From positions 352,001 through 416,000 of the forward strand of contig CAWEWF010000004.1 in assembly GCA_963812605.1 (NCBI GenBank): a stretch of DNA of 64,000 nucleotides, given 5' to 3'. The position numbers were made by a program, and so were the translations under genes. Below, piece by piece: positions 32,587 to 44,591 of the stretch; the stretch's first letter is position 1; each line of letters opens with the position of its first letter. This stretch comes from an uncultured Verrucomicrobiae bacterium (lineage in GTDB: Bacteria > Verrucomicrobiota > Verrucomicrobiia > Palsa-1439). The notes below the pieces were generated by a model. It was not told the DNA's origin. It worked only from the letters and a program-made list of their open reading frames with translations, and did no database searches.

Positions 32587-34748
32587 ATGAGAACTTGCAT
32601 TGTCACCTCGGACCTTGTCGGCCCGATTAAGAACGGGGGGATCGGGACACACTGCTATTACCTCGCCCGGTTCCTGCGCCAGGAGTTGGGCCATGAAGTC
32701 ACGGTTCTTTTCACCTCGTCGATCTCGGAAGCCGCCTTGCGCCCGTGGAAAAAACGGTACTCCAAGGAATGGGGAATCCGCCTTGTCGGCCTCAAGAGCA
32801 CCGTGAACTGGCCGCAAATCAAGCAGAGCCCGTCGTATCCCGTTCTGCGCCGGTCGCGCCAGGTGTACGACTGGCTCAAGGAACAGGACTTTGATTATTG
32901 TCACTTTGAGGACTGGCAACCTGAAGGTTTTATGGCGATCCAAGCCAAGCGCACGGGGCAGGCGTTCGACAGAACCAAGCTGATCTTCGGTCTGCATGGC
33001 AATGCGGAGTGGTCCCGCGAAGGCATGCTCGCCTACGAGGACAACTGGACACTCGGGCTCGCGACCGAATACATGGCCCGCTATTCCGCGGAACACGCCG
33101 ATCTCCTGTTGAGCCCCAGCCAGCACATGTTCGACTGGGCGCAGGCACACCGCTGGACGTTCCGGCAAATCGGCGCGTTATTCCCTACCTTTTTGAATTG
33201 CCGTTTGCGCCGCAGCCCAAACCATTCGCGCGCCGCCACTTGATTTTCTTTGGCCGCCTCGAGACCCGCAAAGGATTGGTCGTGTTCGCCAGGGCCTTGC
33301 AGGCGCTCGCGCCGCGTTTGCCGGATTCGCGGGAGCCGATACGGGTGACGTTTCTGGGCCGAAACTATTTTGTGGGGAAACAACTCGCGGCCGATTATCT
33401 CGCGGAAGCCATGAAGCCAGGCGGCCAGGCGTTCGACTGGGAGGTGGTCAGCGATTTGGGCCAGCCCGAGGCGTTGCGCTTCGTCACGGACCATGCTGAC
33501 GCGCTGGTGGTGCTGCCGTCATTAGTGGATAACCTGCCCTTCACGGTCATCGAATGTTTGCAGCTTCGCTTGAACCTGATCGCTTCGCGGGTGGGTGGCA
33601 TTCCCGAGCTGATCGACACGCCCGAATGCCTTTTCGATCCGACCCCGCAAGCCTTGAGCCAAAAACTGCTTGAATGCCTGCGTGATGGCGTTCCCGCAGC
33701 CCGCTCCCGGTACAATACGGACGACGCGCGGGCGGCCTGGCGAAAGGTGCACGAGCCCGACTCCTGGCCATCGCGACCCGCAAAGGAGTTGCGCACGCCG
33801 AAAGTCTCGGTATGTGTTCCGCACCACAATTACGGCGAATTCCTGCCGCTGGCCCTGGACACCCTGGCGAGCCAAACCTACAAGAATTTCGAGGTGATCG
33901 TCGTTGACGACGGGTCGACGGATCCAGAATCCCTCGCGACATTCCGATCCCTGCGGAAGAAATACCCGCAACCCGAATGGAAGTTTCTGGAAAAGGAGAA
34001 CGGTTTTACCGGACAAACACGCAACTTCGCCGCGCGACAGGCGACGGGTGAATACCTGGTGTTTGCAGATTCCGATAATGTGAGCACGCCGCAGATGCTC
34101 GAACGCCTGGTGCAGGGCATCGAAACTTCGGGCGCGGATTGCCTGAGCTGCCACAATCTGGGATTCAGCAACGACCTCTCGCGGCGGTTGGGACAATGGC
34201 GACACCGCTATGTGCCGCTGGGGCCGTGCCTGGAACTTGCGATGTACCAGAATACCCTCGGCGACGTGAATTTCATCATCCGCCGCGAGGTCTTCGAGAA
34301 GCTCGCGGGATTCCATGAAGAGCGCATCGGCCTGGAGGATTGGGATTTTTTGCTGCGGTTGGCGATGAATGGTTACGCGCTCGATGTCGTTCCGGAAGTA
34401 TTGTTCTATTATCGCCAATCCCACACGAGCGTGACGGGCGTTGTCGATCACTACACCAGCCACCAACGATTGCTCCGCAATGTGATGTCAGGAATGCCCC
34501 CCTGGCAGCAGCGATTTCTCACCAATGCCGTCGGCGCGTTCTGGACCAATCTCCCCATGCCGCGCGCGGCGGATGTCGAACTCGATAGTGACATCCCGGT
34601 GTTGCCCGACGACTCGGAATCGCTTCGTCGTGAACTCGCGCAACTAAATGCGCGTCTCGAACGGCTCAAGGCGTCACCGCTCTACGCCATTGGTCGCTGG
34701 TGGTATTATCTTACGCTCCGGTTCAAGAAGAAGCCGCCCACCGGCTGA
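32587..34748 (+). CDS. GT4+GT2 glycosyltransferase, frameshift near 33160
   Basis: KNGGIGT; FFGRLETRKG; VVDDGS, DSDN, EDW. Confidence 0.82.
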
Positions 34749-34764
34749 GCCAGGTTGCGCCAGT

Positions 34765-35667
34765 ATGAGCCAACCCCGTCCCGAGCCGCGCATCTCCTTC
34801 ATCATCCCGGTCTTTAACGGGCTGCCCCGTACCCGGGCGTGCCTCGACAGCTTGCGGGAGACGGTGGATCTCTCGGAGCACGAGGTCATCGTTGTCGACG
34901 ATTTCAGCGCGGACGGAACGCGCGAGGTTCTCGCCGGACTGCCCGCGCCGCCATTCCATATCATTCGGAATGAAACCCGGCGCTGCTACGCCGCGAACAA
35001 CAATGCCGCCGCCGCTGTCGCCCGCGCCGAATTCCTCTGCCTGCTCAACAACGATCTGGTTCTCACGCCCGGCTGGTTGGCCCCGCTGTTGCGCGCCTTC
35101 GATCAATTCCCCAACGCGGGTATCGTCGGCAACGTCCAGCGCAATCCCAACACAGGGCGATACGATCACATGGGCTTCGTCTTCGGCGACAACGGCGTGC
35201 CGTGGCATTTCGGGAAATACTTTCCCTTTCGACCCTACCGCGGCTATACCGAGTGGCGCGCAGTCACGACGGCTTGTTGTCTCATCAAGAAATCGGTCTT
35301 CCTCGAAGCCGGTGGTTTTGACGAGCAATACATCAACGGAAGCGAAGACGTGGATTTGTGCCTGCGCCTCGGACGCATCGGTCGCCGGCATTACGTCGCG
35401 AATGAAAGCATCGTCTTTCACCACGTTAGTTCCTCGTTGGGCCGTCACGAGTTCAACGAGGCGAACGAACAGCGGCTGTTGGCGCGCTGGCAGGCGGAAA
35501 TTCAGCGTTCGCTTACGCCGCGCGACCGGCGCCTCGCCGCCGCGAACTACCTGCTGCGTTTCGCCACGCAACCCTGGCGCTACAACCTCCGCCGTCTCTG
35601 GCACGCCCTGCTCTCCCTGATCTCCGGGGGACAACTTACCCATGCGACCGCTCACACTCAACGCTGA
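34765..35667 (+). CDS. GT2 glycosyltransferase
   Basis: VVDDFS, LLNND, EDVDLCLR. Confidence 0.88.
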   Translation: MSQPRPEPRISFIIPVFNGLPRTRACLDSLRETVDLSEHEVIVVDDFSADGTREVLAGLPAPPFHIIRNETRRCYAANNNAAAAVARAEFLCLLNNDLVLTPGWLAPLLRAFDQFPNAGIVGNVQRNPNTGRYDHMGFVFGDNGVPWHFGKYFPFRPYRGYTEWRAVTTACCLIKKSVFLEAGGFDEQYINGSEDVDLCLRLGRIGRRHYVANESIVFHHVSSSLGRHEFNEANEQRLLARWQAEIQRSLTPRDRRLAAANYLLRFATQPWRYNLRRLWHALLSLISGGQLTHATAHTQR

Positions 35668-36643
35668 CGCCCGCCTGCTGATCGCGCGTCCCGACCGCGT
35701 GGGCGACGTGATTATCTCCACCTCATGCCTCGCGCCCCTGCGCCAGGCGTTTCCACGCGGCGAACTTTTTTTCCTCGCAGCGGAGCGGATGCGGCCGTTG
35801 CTGGACAATCATCCCGATTTGAGCGGCTTCATCTCCGACGCGGCGCAGATCGCGCGCCTCGCGCCAGACGCCATCGTGCATCTGCATCCTGACAAGGAAG
35901 TTTATCTGGCCGCACAGCGCGCCGCTGTTCCCATCCGCATCGGCTACCGTCACAAATCGTTGGGCAGGTATCTCACGCATTCGCTTGCCGACCGGCGCGC
36001 GGAGGGACTGAAACATGAAGCCGCCAACAATTTCGATCTGCTGCAGTTGATCGGCGTCGATCCGCCGAGTCGTTTGGAACCAAATGTGCATCTTCCCGAG
36101 TCGGCCCTCGGCTTGCTCCGTGCAAAATTGCCGTGGCCATTGGAATCCACGCCGTTCGCCGTGCTGAATCCCTCGGCGCACTCGCCGGTGGCCCGCTGGC
36201 CGGTCGAATCCTTTTTGCGCCTGGCCGACAGACTGGAGAGCGAAGGCGGCTTGCGGTCGGTCTTTATCGGCGCGGACGCCGAGGATTGTCTTCCGGGCGG
36301 TGCCTCCCGGTTCCTGGATCTCGCGGGCAAAACGGACCTGGCCGAATTGGGCTGGCTCCTGAAACACGCGCGCGTGCTGGTCACGCGGGACACGGGACCG
36401 AGCCATCTCGCGGCGGCGGTTGGTTGCCCCGTGGTGGTGATCTTTGGCCGCACCACGCCGACGTACGGACCGACCCGCTGGCGCCCCCTGACGGAACGAG
36501 CGGTCATCGTGGCGAAGTCCGTCCCACGAAAGCGCTGGGAATCACAGGAGAAGTACTGGCGGCGGAGTTTTGCGGCGATTCACGTTGACGAGGTCGAGAC
36601 CGCGGTTCGACAAGCCCTGTCGATACCGCACCGTGCGCCGTGA
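35642..36643 (+). CDS. GT9 heptosyltransferase-like
   Basis: DRVGDV, DTGPSHLAAA. Confidence 0.88.
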   Translation: MRPLTLNADARLLIARPDRVGDVIISTSCLAPLRQAFPRGELFFLAAERMRPLLDNHPDLSGFISDAAQIARLAPDAIVHLHPDKEVYLAAQRAAVPIRIGYRHKSLGRYLTHSLADRRAEGLKHEAANNFDLLQLIGVDPPSRLEPNVHLPESALGLLRAKLPWPLESTPFAVLNPSAHSPVARWPVESFLRLADRLESEGGLRSVFIGADAEDCLPGGASRFLDLAGKTDLAELGWLLKHARVLVTRDTGPSHLAAAVGCPVVVIFGRTTPTYGPTRWRPLTERAVIVAKSVPRKRWESQEKYWRRSFAAIHVDEVETAVRQALSIPHRAP

Positions 36644-36647
36644 ACCG

Positions 36648-37403
36648 TTATTTGGGCAGGGTAAAGACGACACTCATCGGCGCGTTCGCGCTGGCCGCCG
36701 TGCCAATCCACGACACCAAGGGAGCCGCATCGATCGACACCGTGGCGGCTTTGTCCGGAATGCTGCGGATGATCACGCTGCCGGACGGCAGCCTGACCGC
36801 GCGCGCGTAAACTGCGTTCGGTGTGCGCGGGAAACGTCCCAGCCCGGCCTGTAGTTTTCCGTCCTTGCCAATCGTGACCGGAGCGCGCCGCCATTCCACG
36901 CGCGCCACGAATTGCGTCGCCCCGGGCGCAACGGTTTTATCGAGATGCAACGTCACCGGCGGATTTCGCGACCGTGCTTTCACCCATACGATTGTAAAGG
37001 GAATCGGCTCGCCCGCGGTCGTGTAAAAACCGACGAACCCTTTCCCATCGCCCCCCAGGGAAGACTGCGCATTCTGGAGAGGATTGAATCCCTGGTTCAC
37101 CACCGTCTGGGTCACGATGGAGACCGCATCGGTGCCGCTCTTTTCGAGCGCGAAAAGTGAAACGGTTCCCAAGGGCAGTTGTCGTTGCACGGCTTCGTTG
37201 CGGGCCGATCCCAGGAGATCGCTGAATTTTTCCCAAGCGGCCTTCAACCGATCATCCTTGCTGAGCGTCGACCCAATGCGGTCTTCCTGTCGGATCCAAT
37301 CGGGAGGGCCGCCGTGAAAGGCGACATAGGCGCGCCGGGCGCAGAACGCCAGGACGACCACACAGGCGAGTGCCGCCAACCAGAGTTTCCAGTCTTGTTT
37401 CAT
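36648..37403 (-). CDS. exported hypothetical protein
   Basis: N-terminal hydrophobic segment. Confidence 0.6.
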   Translation of the reverse strand: MKQDWKLWLAALACVVVLAFCARRAYVAFHGGPPDWIRQEDRIGSTLSKDDRLKAAWEKFSDLLGSARNEAVQRQLPLGTVSLFALEKSGTDAVSIVTQTVVNQGFNPLQNAQSSLGGDGKGFVGFYTTAGEPIPFTIVWVKARSRNPPVTLHLDKTVAPGATQFVARVEWRRAPVTIGKDGKLQAGLGRFPRTPNAVYARAVRLPSGSVIIRSIPDKAATVSIDAAPLVSWIGTAASANAPMSVVFTLPK

Positions 37404-37469
37404 GAGGGCGAGCTTTGTCCCGTTCTCGGGATCCCGCCAGTGCGGGACCGCGGGAGAAGAATCACGTCA

Positions 37470-38151
37470 TCACTGCCAATTGGCCATCTTGTCGTACCAG
37501 TAGGTCATCTGGGTCACGTCGAAATGATTGAAAGGCGCGACATGCCCGTCCGCGAACAGAAAATTGGCGTAGCCCAGGTGCGGGGGCGGATAATTCCCCG
37601 AGGTTGTGCTGAATCCGGTGCGGTCGGCCGTCTCATTGGTCGGGTCAATCTCCTGTATCGGGCTGATGAAGAGGTCCTCGCTCATCAGGATGAACGCCGA
37701 AGGATTGCTGATCTGCCGGAAATCGATGGCATAAATTCCCGTGCCGGGAGATCCGGCCTCGACATACGCCGGCAGGAGGTTCAGGTAATACGCCACCGGC
37801 AAGATCCGGCATCCACGGAGGACGGTCGGGATCGAGGTAAACTTTCGTGGTCTTCAGATAGGGAAACAGAAGCTGGCTCCAGGCCTGGGTGCCGCTGCCC
37901 GAGGAAGTCCACGTCGGAAAAATCCCGCTCAAGGCGGCGAGTTGGCCGCCCGAATCATCGGTGTACATTTGGGCCGCGATGCCGAGTTGGCGCAGGTTGT
38001 TGATGCAACCGGCCGCCCGCGCTTTCTTGCGGGCAATTCCCAATGACGGCATCAAAAGCGCCGCCAGCAGCCCGATAATGGCGATGACGACGAGCAATTC
38101 CACCAAGGTGAAGCCCTGCGCCGCCTGCCTTTGCCGTGGATTTGTTTTCAT
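37470..38151 (-). CDS. prepilin-type N-terminal / H-X9-DG protein, frameshift near 37800
   Basis: [35 protein letters not shown]. Confidence 0.88.
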
Positions 38152-40146
38152 TTCTTCACCTCACTCGGATTTATTGCGGGAACCGCCGCCGGTCCATTGG
38201 TCGTGGCAGCCGCGGCGTTTGCCACCGGTGGCGGTAATTTTTTTGGTGTGGCCTTTTTTAACTTTTCGCGCAGATCACGCAAATCGTGCTCCGTGTCCTG
38301 CACTTTCGTCCAGGCCGCCTGCCCGCCTGGAAAACGCGCGTCGAAATCCGCACGCTCGTCCCGCAGCTTGGCGTCCAAATCATCAATCTGTTGTTCCAAA
38401 TCAGCCACGCTCGTGGGTTTTGGCGTCCGGGGTTTAATTCGGTACAGCGCCCATGCAGTATAGCTCAAGTCATTGTCCCTTGCGCCGTAACGGATCTCCG
38501 TCCATTCGGTCAGGGGTCGAATTCGAACTCGTCCCCCAGCCGTCCTCGCGCGCGACGATAAGAGTCCTTGGGCAGGATCATCGCCACTTTCACGGCCAGC
38601 CGTCAGTTGTTGGTTGATGAGATCGCGTTGTTCCTGCGTAAGCTCCGAATCGCTTTTCTTGCCCTGGGTCTCAGCCAGTTTCTCCGCTTTGCGGCGCTGA
38701 AACGGGCGCGGATCATTGTCCTTGAGAATCTTGATCCGATTCTGGATGGCCCCGCGGTCGAACGTCTCCTGGGCATAGAGGCGATAGTCGCCCGCGAACT
38801 CGAGGAAATTCAGCAGGCGATCATTGGCCACGATCACCGCGCCATCTTTCAGTTTGTCTTGCACTCTCTCGGTCGTTTCTTTGGCAAACAGCAGGCGGTC
38901 CCTCTGGCGATCAAGCTGGCGCATGGCTTCGCGCAAATTCGCCGTCGCCACCACGATCACAAACATCCCCAATCCCACCTCCCACCACCACGGTCGCGCC
39001 CGCACCGCGTAACACAACAGCGCCAGCGCGCTCAGGATCAAGGGCGGAAATACGCTGACGAAAAAACGCACGTATCCCGGTCCGTCACCTTGCGGCGCCC
39101 AGTAGTACGCGCTGTATAAAAATAATCCCGGCACCGCCCACAACCCGAGCAACAGACCGCGTTTCGCGTCGTGCGTGGCCAGGTACGCCAGCCCCACGAG
39201 TCCCAGCGGGAACAGCAAGATCAGGCCGCCCGTGTCCATGCGGGTCAACATCAACCACCAGTTTTCCTTGAAGAACTTCCAGCCGAAACCCGTCGACTCG
39301 CCGCACAACGAGTAACCCGTGACCCACGGCGCGCCGAACGCCTTCCAATGATGAATCAGCAGCGGCGTCACGGCCATAATCGCCGCCGCGGTCATCACGG
39401 CAAATTCCCTCAAGACTTTCTTCCGGGCGACCGGTCGCTGATCGGCGGGCGTTTCCATCCTGAAATATCGCCACAAGACCATGGCCACAATCGGCAGGAT
39501 CAACAGGCCGTCCGTATAGCGCACCGTGCTCGCATAGGCCGACAGCGCGCCCGCAAGGAACGCGTTCCCTATTCCGCCTGACTCTGTCCACCGCCACAAG
39601 GAAAAACATTCCCCAGACCGCAAAGCAGATCGAGCCGGAATGGCTCTGCGCGGAGACGCCGAAATAGGCATGCAGCGGATTCGTGGCGAGGAGGATCGCC
39701 GCCAGCGCGCCGGCAAATTCACCCAGCATCGCTCGTCCCAGAAAAAAAGTTCCCAGGACCGCGAGCGCGGCGAGGATCGGGTTCACCAGAAAGACTGCCG
39801 TCGGGCCGCCGAGTTTGTAGGCAAGCGCACACAGGGCCGGATAGCCGAGGGGATATTTTCCGTAATAATTCCCGTTGTCCGCGAGCACATAGTTGCCGCT
39901 GACAAACTCGTTCGGGTCATCCAGGACTTTTCCCGAGTCCCCCTTCGTCGCGAGGCTCTTGGCGGTAATCAGGTAGCCGTTTTCGTCGATCCCTTCATAG
40001 GACGCGACGTAATAGCCCGATAGCAGCGCGCAGAACAACGCCACGATGGCCAGGGCCACCGGCGCACTCGACAGACTGGCACGGTTCCATACAGTCACGA
40101 GGTTTGTCCCATTGATGTAACAACGACGACGCTGGAAAGTTACCAC
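38148..40146 (-). CDS. GT-C (PMT/ArnT-like) membrane glycosyltransferase, frameshifted
   Basis: DENGY, KYPLGYP, multi-TM, split ORFs. Confidence 0.7.
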
Positions 40147-40165
40147 AAGCGGGCGTTGCGGGCAG

Positions 40166-41165
40166 CTACAGTCCCAGCCGTTGGATGAGAAAGAAAATTA
40201 CCGGCACGGTAAGCAAACTGAAGAGCGTACTGTAGAAAATCCCCTGCGCGCTGAGCGACACGTCGCCACCAAAACGTTCGGTGAACATGCTGCAAGAAAT
40301 CGCCACGGGCATCGTCGCGATGAGGTAGCCGACCATTCGCGGGATTTCCGGCACGATCACGCCGGTTCTGAGCACGGCCCAACCGACCGCTATCGTGAGT
40401 AACGGCCCAACGATCAACCGGGCGAGCAGCACGCCCCAAAGCGCCCGCGAAGGCCGATGCATATGGAGTTCGAGATCGCCAAGTTGCGCGCCGATTGCCA
40501 GCAACGACACTGGGATGGTCATGCTGCCCACCATGCCCAGCGCCTGCACCACGGCGCTCGCGGCCAGATGCGGCGGCGATCCCGAGAAAATCGTCGCCGC
40601 TTCCCAGTTATGTGAGGAAGGCACAAGCAACGCGACAACAATCCCCGCGGCGGTCGCGATCAGATCCGGGATTTTTCACGATATGGCTTGTCGCTTCACG
40701 CGCGGTCACGCCGCCACGCAGGAGCCAAACGCCAAACGACCAGAGCATGAGTTGCGCGCCGACATTATCGAGCAGGAGGGTCCGCACGCCCGCGTCGCCG
40801 TACATGGCCTCGACGATCGGCAGCGGCAGGAAGATCCAATTCGGTATCGCCGCGAGAAAGACGAAGGTGTTTTTCTGTTCGGCGCGACAGAAGAACGGCG
40901 CGATGAGCAAGCCCGCTCCGTAGGCGATGATGATCAATAGGCACATGAGCAACGGCGCAAACCAGCTCTCCCGCAAAGCCCCCGGCGTGACCGTACGCAG
41001 CATTTGCGTGAAGACCAGCGCAGGGAATGCAATATCCACAACAAACCGGCTCAGGATTTTTGTCGTTTCCGCGGGTAGGTAGCCGCGCCGGCGCACCAAC
41101 CAGCCGACAACAATCACCAGGAACATCGCGGCGATTTTCACCAGGACGATTTGCCAGTCAACCAT
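40166..41165 (-). CDS. AEC-family transporter, frameshift near 40660
   Basis: FPALVF, LPLP, KNP, MPVA, STLFSLLTVP. Confidence 0.85.
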
Positions 41166-41478
41166 GCGCTCCTCAAGCGCAGCACTCTAGGGAATCCAGC
41201 AGAGGAAGTCACATCGCAATTTCACCAGCGAGACGCAGAGGACACGGGGCGCATAAAACGGGCGTCCCTGTCCGCCGTAGCTTTATCGAAGGCTGATCGC
41301 CTGTTTTGCCGTTTGCTTCACCACGAAGTCACGAAGAGCACGAAGTCGTTGCAGGCGGACCAAAAGCAAATGCAGTTGAAGGAAACGGCGGGGGGGCATC
41401 CCGACGGACAGGTAGAATTGCGTAAGGCCAAGCGCGCGGCCGCGCCTAATAATTTGGCGGTGTAACCCGCCGACAACC

Positions 41479-42522
41479 TCATTCTGTTTCTGACACCAAG
41501 ATGCTCGACTTCCCATTCCCGTTGACCAACGCGCCCTCGTCAAAACGGTAGCGACTGCCAATCAGGTATTCTTCGACATTTTCACTCGCAAGCCATCGCC
41601 GCCCAAGGCGCTCCGCTACAGCGCCGCAGGTATTGGAGCCCGCAAAGGGGTCATATACGAGATCACCCTCGGTCGTGAGGAGTTTAATGAAGAATTCTGG
41701 AAGTGCGGCAGGAAATCGCGCTGGATGAATCTTAACTCCATGCTGCTTGCAACACTTCGTGTAATAATCGTTCGCCGAGTTGTTGCCTAGCCGAAGCATC
41801 GACTCAGCGTCTGAGTCGTCTATCACGTTTGGCGGGATCGACCCTCCAGACGAAATATCGGTGAACCCGGATTTGATGCTGTGTCCAGAAGGTCGGATGG
41901 TTTCAAGCACACCGCGTTTGTTCAAACGAATCATGTCAGCGCTGTATGGCCTAAGCACATTCCTGTTGTTGGCTTTCGGGTGCGGTGTTTTAGAAAACCA
42001 CCAAAGATATTCGACGGAGTCCTTGATCCGTACCCGCCTCACTGTCACCCACTCGGCTGGCATGGGCATTTTCGCTGGGTTATACCAAAAGGCTTCTTGC
42101 GCTAAATGGAAACCAACTTCCTCTACCAAAGCCACGAGCAGCTTAAAGTGATAGATGGACCGTGTAGGACTTCCCTGATTGTAGCTTCCGCCGATGTTTA
42201 GAACAAAACTACCATCGTCAGTGAGCACTCGCTTAAATTCTTTGGCGAAGCGTACAAACCACTCAACGTACTTGTGCTTCTCAACATTCCCGTATGCCTT
42301 TTTGAAATGCAGTGCATAGGGGGGGGACGTAAAGATCAGGTTGGCGCTATGGTCCGGCATGTCGGCGAGCATACACTCGGAATCACATAGATAGGCCGCA
42401 CCGAAATCCGTTTCGTGGAACGGCTCCAGGCTTTTCACAAGTGCCGAGGGATGGACGCCCTTGCCGAAATGCAAATCCCTCTGCCTCTTCACGGTCGTTT
42501 TCACACTGGCTTCTGTTGACAA
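41479..42522 (-). CDS. beta-class amino DNA methyltransferase (probably m4C)
   Basis: [20 protein letters not shown]. Confidence 0.92.
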   Translation of the reverse strand: MSTEASVKTTVKRQRDLHFGKGVHPSALVKSLEPFHETDFGAAYLCDSECMLADMPDHSANLIFTSPPYALHFKKAYGNVEKHKYVEWFVRFAKEFKRVLTDDGSFVLNIGGSYNQGSPTRSIYHFKLLVALVEEVGFHLAQEAFWYNPAKMPMPAEWVTVRRVRIKDSVEYLWWFSKTPHPKANNRNVLRPYSADMIRLNKRGVLETIRPSGHSIKSGFTDISSGGSIPPNVIDDSDAESMLRLGNNSANDYYTKCCKQHGVKIHPARFPAALPEFFIKLLTTEGDLVYDPFAGSNTCGAVAERLGRRWLASENVEEYLIGSRYRFDEGALVNGNGKSSILVSETE

Positions 42523-42629
42523 AACAAGTTTCCTTTAGTGTCAGAGTTTACTACACTCTTGACCAAATGCACACTTCGGAATGTAGCCCACCCCGAAGTT
42601 TATCAGGAGACTAGTGGTTTAGGTTTACA

Positions 42630-42851
42630 ATGTCAACCAAAAAAGAAATCGCTATTTCGCCCTCCGATTGGGTCTCTCCGGCTGAGGCTGCCAGGATTCG
42701 CGGGGTTTCGCGGCAAGCGATCACGAAACTCATCAAGGGAGGTCGCATTGAAACGGTTGAAATTGCCGGACGAAAGCTCGTTCGGTTGTCCGCTGTCGAG
42801 GCTTTCAAAGCGAACCCACCGGGCCGAAAGAAGCAGAGCAAGAGAAAATGA
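42630..42851 (+). CDS. HTH_17/excisionase-like protein, putative R-M controller
   Basis: [25 protein letters not shown]. Confidence 0.75.
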   Translation: MSTKKEIAISPSDWVSPAEAARIRGVSRQAITKLIKGGRIETVEIAGRKLVRLSAVEAFKANPPGRKKQSKRK

Positions 42852-43540
42852 GTAGACTCGACGAGATTCACAAGTTGCTCTTGCAGTGCACCCCAGAGGA
42901 GCGGCAGCAAGTATTTAAGATTCTTCGGTCGGAATTCCACATCCATCCGTTTGAGAAAGCGCTTAATACGCGAGCCGAGGTCATCTTGGAGGCGATCAGC
43001 AAAGCACCAGATCTGACTATTCGTGGTGTCAGAGGCATTATCGCAGAGGCTAGTTTTATCGTGGATGTGATTGGCCCTCTTCTCGAATCAGGGTGGCGTG
43101 ACGCCACACCGAAAGGAGACCTGCCATACGACTGCCTGATCGAAGACAATAAGGGTGGCGTCCGAGTACAGGTCAAAATGCAACGGCTCAAGGATCATCG
43201 TCCAATGATGGCATCAGAAGGATTTCGCCGCCTCTCCAAGGACAAGTTTGTCGTTGAAACTCAGCGAACTCGCGGAGGCAAGGACGGCGCTGGAGGAAAC
43301 ACCCGCCCTTACAAATTCGGAGAGTTTGACATCTTGGCTGTTTCCTTGCACCCATCCACAAATGATTGGCGTGAATTCAGATACACAGTTGCCAGCTGGC
43401 TGCTGCCAGAGCCCGATGCTTCCTCGAACATTCTTAAATTCCAGCCGGTTTCGCAAATCCCGAACGCGGATTGGACTTCAAAATTCCTTGAGGCTATCGC
43501 CTGGTATCGCAGCGGCAAACGGAAACGTATCGCAGTCTGA
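42848..43540 (+). CDS. putative type II restriction endonuclease, PD-(D/E/Q)xK
   Basis: G..AE, PYD...RVQVK, FDILAV; divergent from MTase. Confidence 0.75.
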   Translation: MSRLDEIHKLLLQCTPEERQQVFKILRSEFHIHPFEKALNTRAEVILEAISKAPDLTIRGVRGIIAEASFIVDVIGPLLESGWRDATPKGDLPYDCLIEDNKGGVRVQVKMQRLKDHRPMMASEGFRRLSKDKFVVETQRTRGGKDGAGGNTRPYKFGEFDILAVSLHPSTNDWREFRYTVASWLLPEPDASSNILKFQPVSQIPNADWTSKFLEAIAWYRSGKRKRIAV

Positions 43541-43662
43541 TTTGAGTTTTTCTACCGCGATGTGTATTCCCTAATCGGCTCATTACTGTGCAGTTTGTTC
43601 AGTTGTTTGATCGCGATCACACTCTGGCCGTCTCCTAAAGGGAATCTCCGGTTCCGCCATGC

Positions 43663-43815
43663 GGCCTCTCTGATGGCACGCTAAAGTCCCTGCTGTGCCG
43701 CGCAAGCAGAACATCGGTTCCCCCTGAAGGTTTCCCCTAATTCGCTTTCGGAAAACGAACCTGCCGCGTGTCAGTCGCGTCAGGGACTTCACTGGCGCTG
43801 TGACCAACTGGCCGG
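43663..43815 (-). ncRNA. candidate rod-like structured RNA (6S-like?)
   Basis: TGAAGTCCCTG/CAGGGACTTTA plus further stems; upstream TTCACG-17-TAAAAA. Confidence 0.4.
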
Positions 43816-43949
43816 GGCTTTTTTTACCGGATTCGGCTTGTGCCGTGAACGGACGCGCAGGAGCGCGCCCCTCCGACTGCGCGGCAAGCGGAGTGCTTGC
43901 CCCGATCTCAAAATCGGGGCAGGCCCTGCAAATTGTGAATGTTAAACAG

Positions 43950-44590
43950 GCGACCCGCCTTCGCCAAGGCTACGGCGGGACAGGGACGCCTGTTCTACGC
44001 GTCAAATGAAGTTTGATGGGCGCCCGGAGATCATCAATCCAGTATCGGTAATCGATAATTTTTCTCGACAGCGGGTGGTGGGATGGGTATAGTCGGCGCA
44101 GTTCTTTGACATCCGCCTTCGCTAAAGCTTCGGCGTGACACGTCCGCCGTCGCACTTGGGGCTTCCGCCTTCGCGAGACCGCGGCGAGAGGCCACGGGCG
44201 GGACGCCCGCGCCACTACCGAGAGAAGGGGGGGGCCTCAAAAACATGTGGTTGCCGCAGACGACAGCGGTGTCTCGTCGGACTCGGCTCCGTCCGAGTCG
44301 GCTACAGCGGCGGGAGATTAACAGGCGGGACGCCTGTTCAACTCGAAGGGGACCACGGGCGGGACGCCCGCGCCACTACCGAGAGAAGGGGGGCCTGTTC
44401 AACTCGAAGGGGACCACGGGCGGGACGCCCGCGCCACTAGCGGACGAGGGGACTCGAAAACATGCGTTTCTGCGAAACGAACCCCCAAGTTAACTACCCA
44501 TTTTGCAAGTACTTAGGCGGGCGGCTCTCGGAAAGTGGCCGGGTTCGTCGCTCGCGGTTGAAAACCGCTCCTACGGGAAAACGAAGCGCT
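43950..44590. repeat. cluster of REP-like short palindromes
   Basis: ccacgggcgggacgcccgcgccacta x3, ccgccttcgcNaaNgctNcggcg x2, others ending in CTAC. Confidence 0.8.
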
Positions 44591-44591
44591 A

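Noticed and set aside
44190-44445. Mini-CRISPR from three 26-nt repeats
   Set aside because: Intervening sequences are themselves duplicated REP-like palindromes with irregular spacing.
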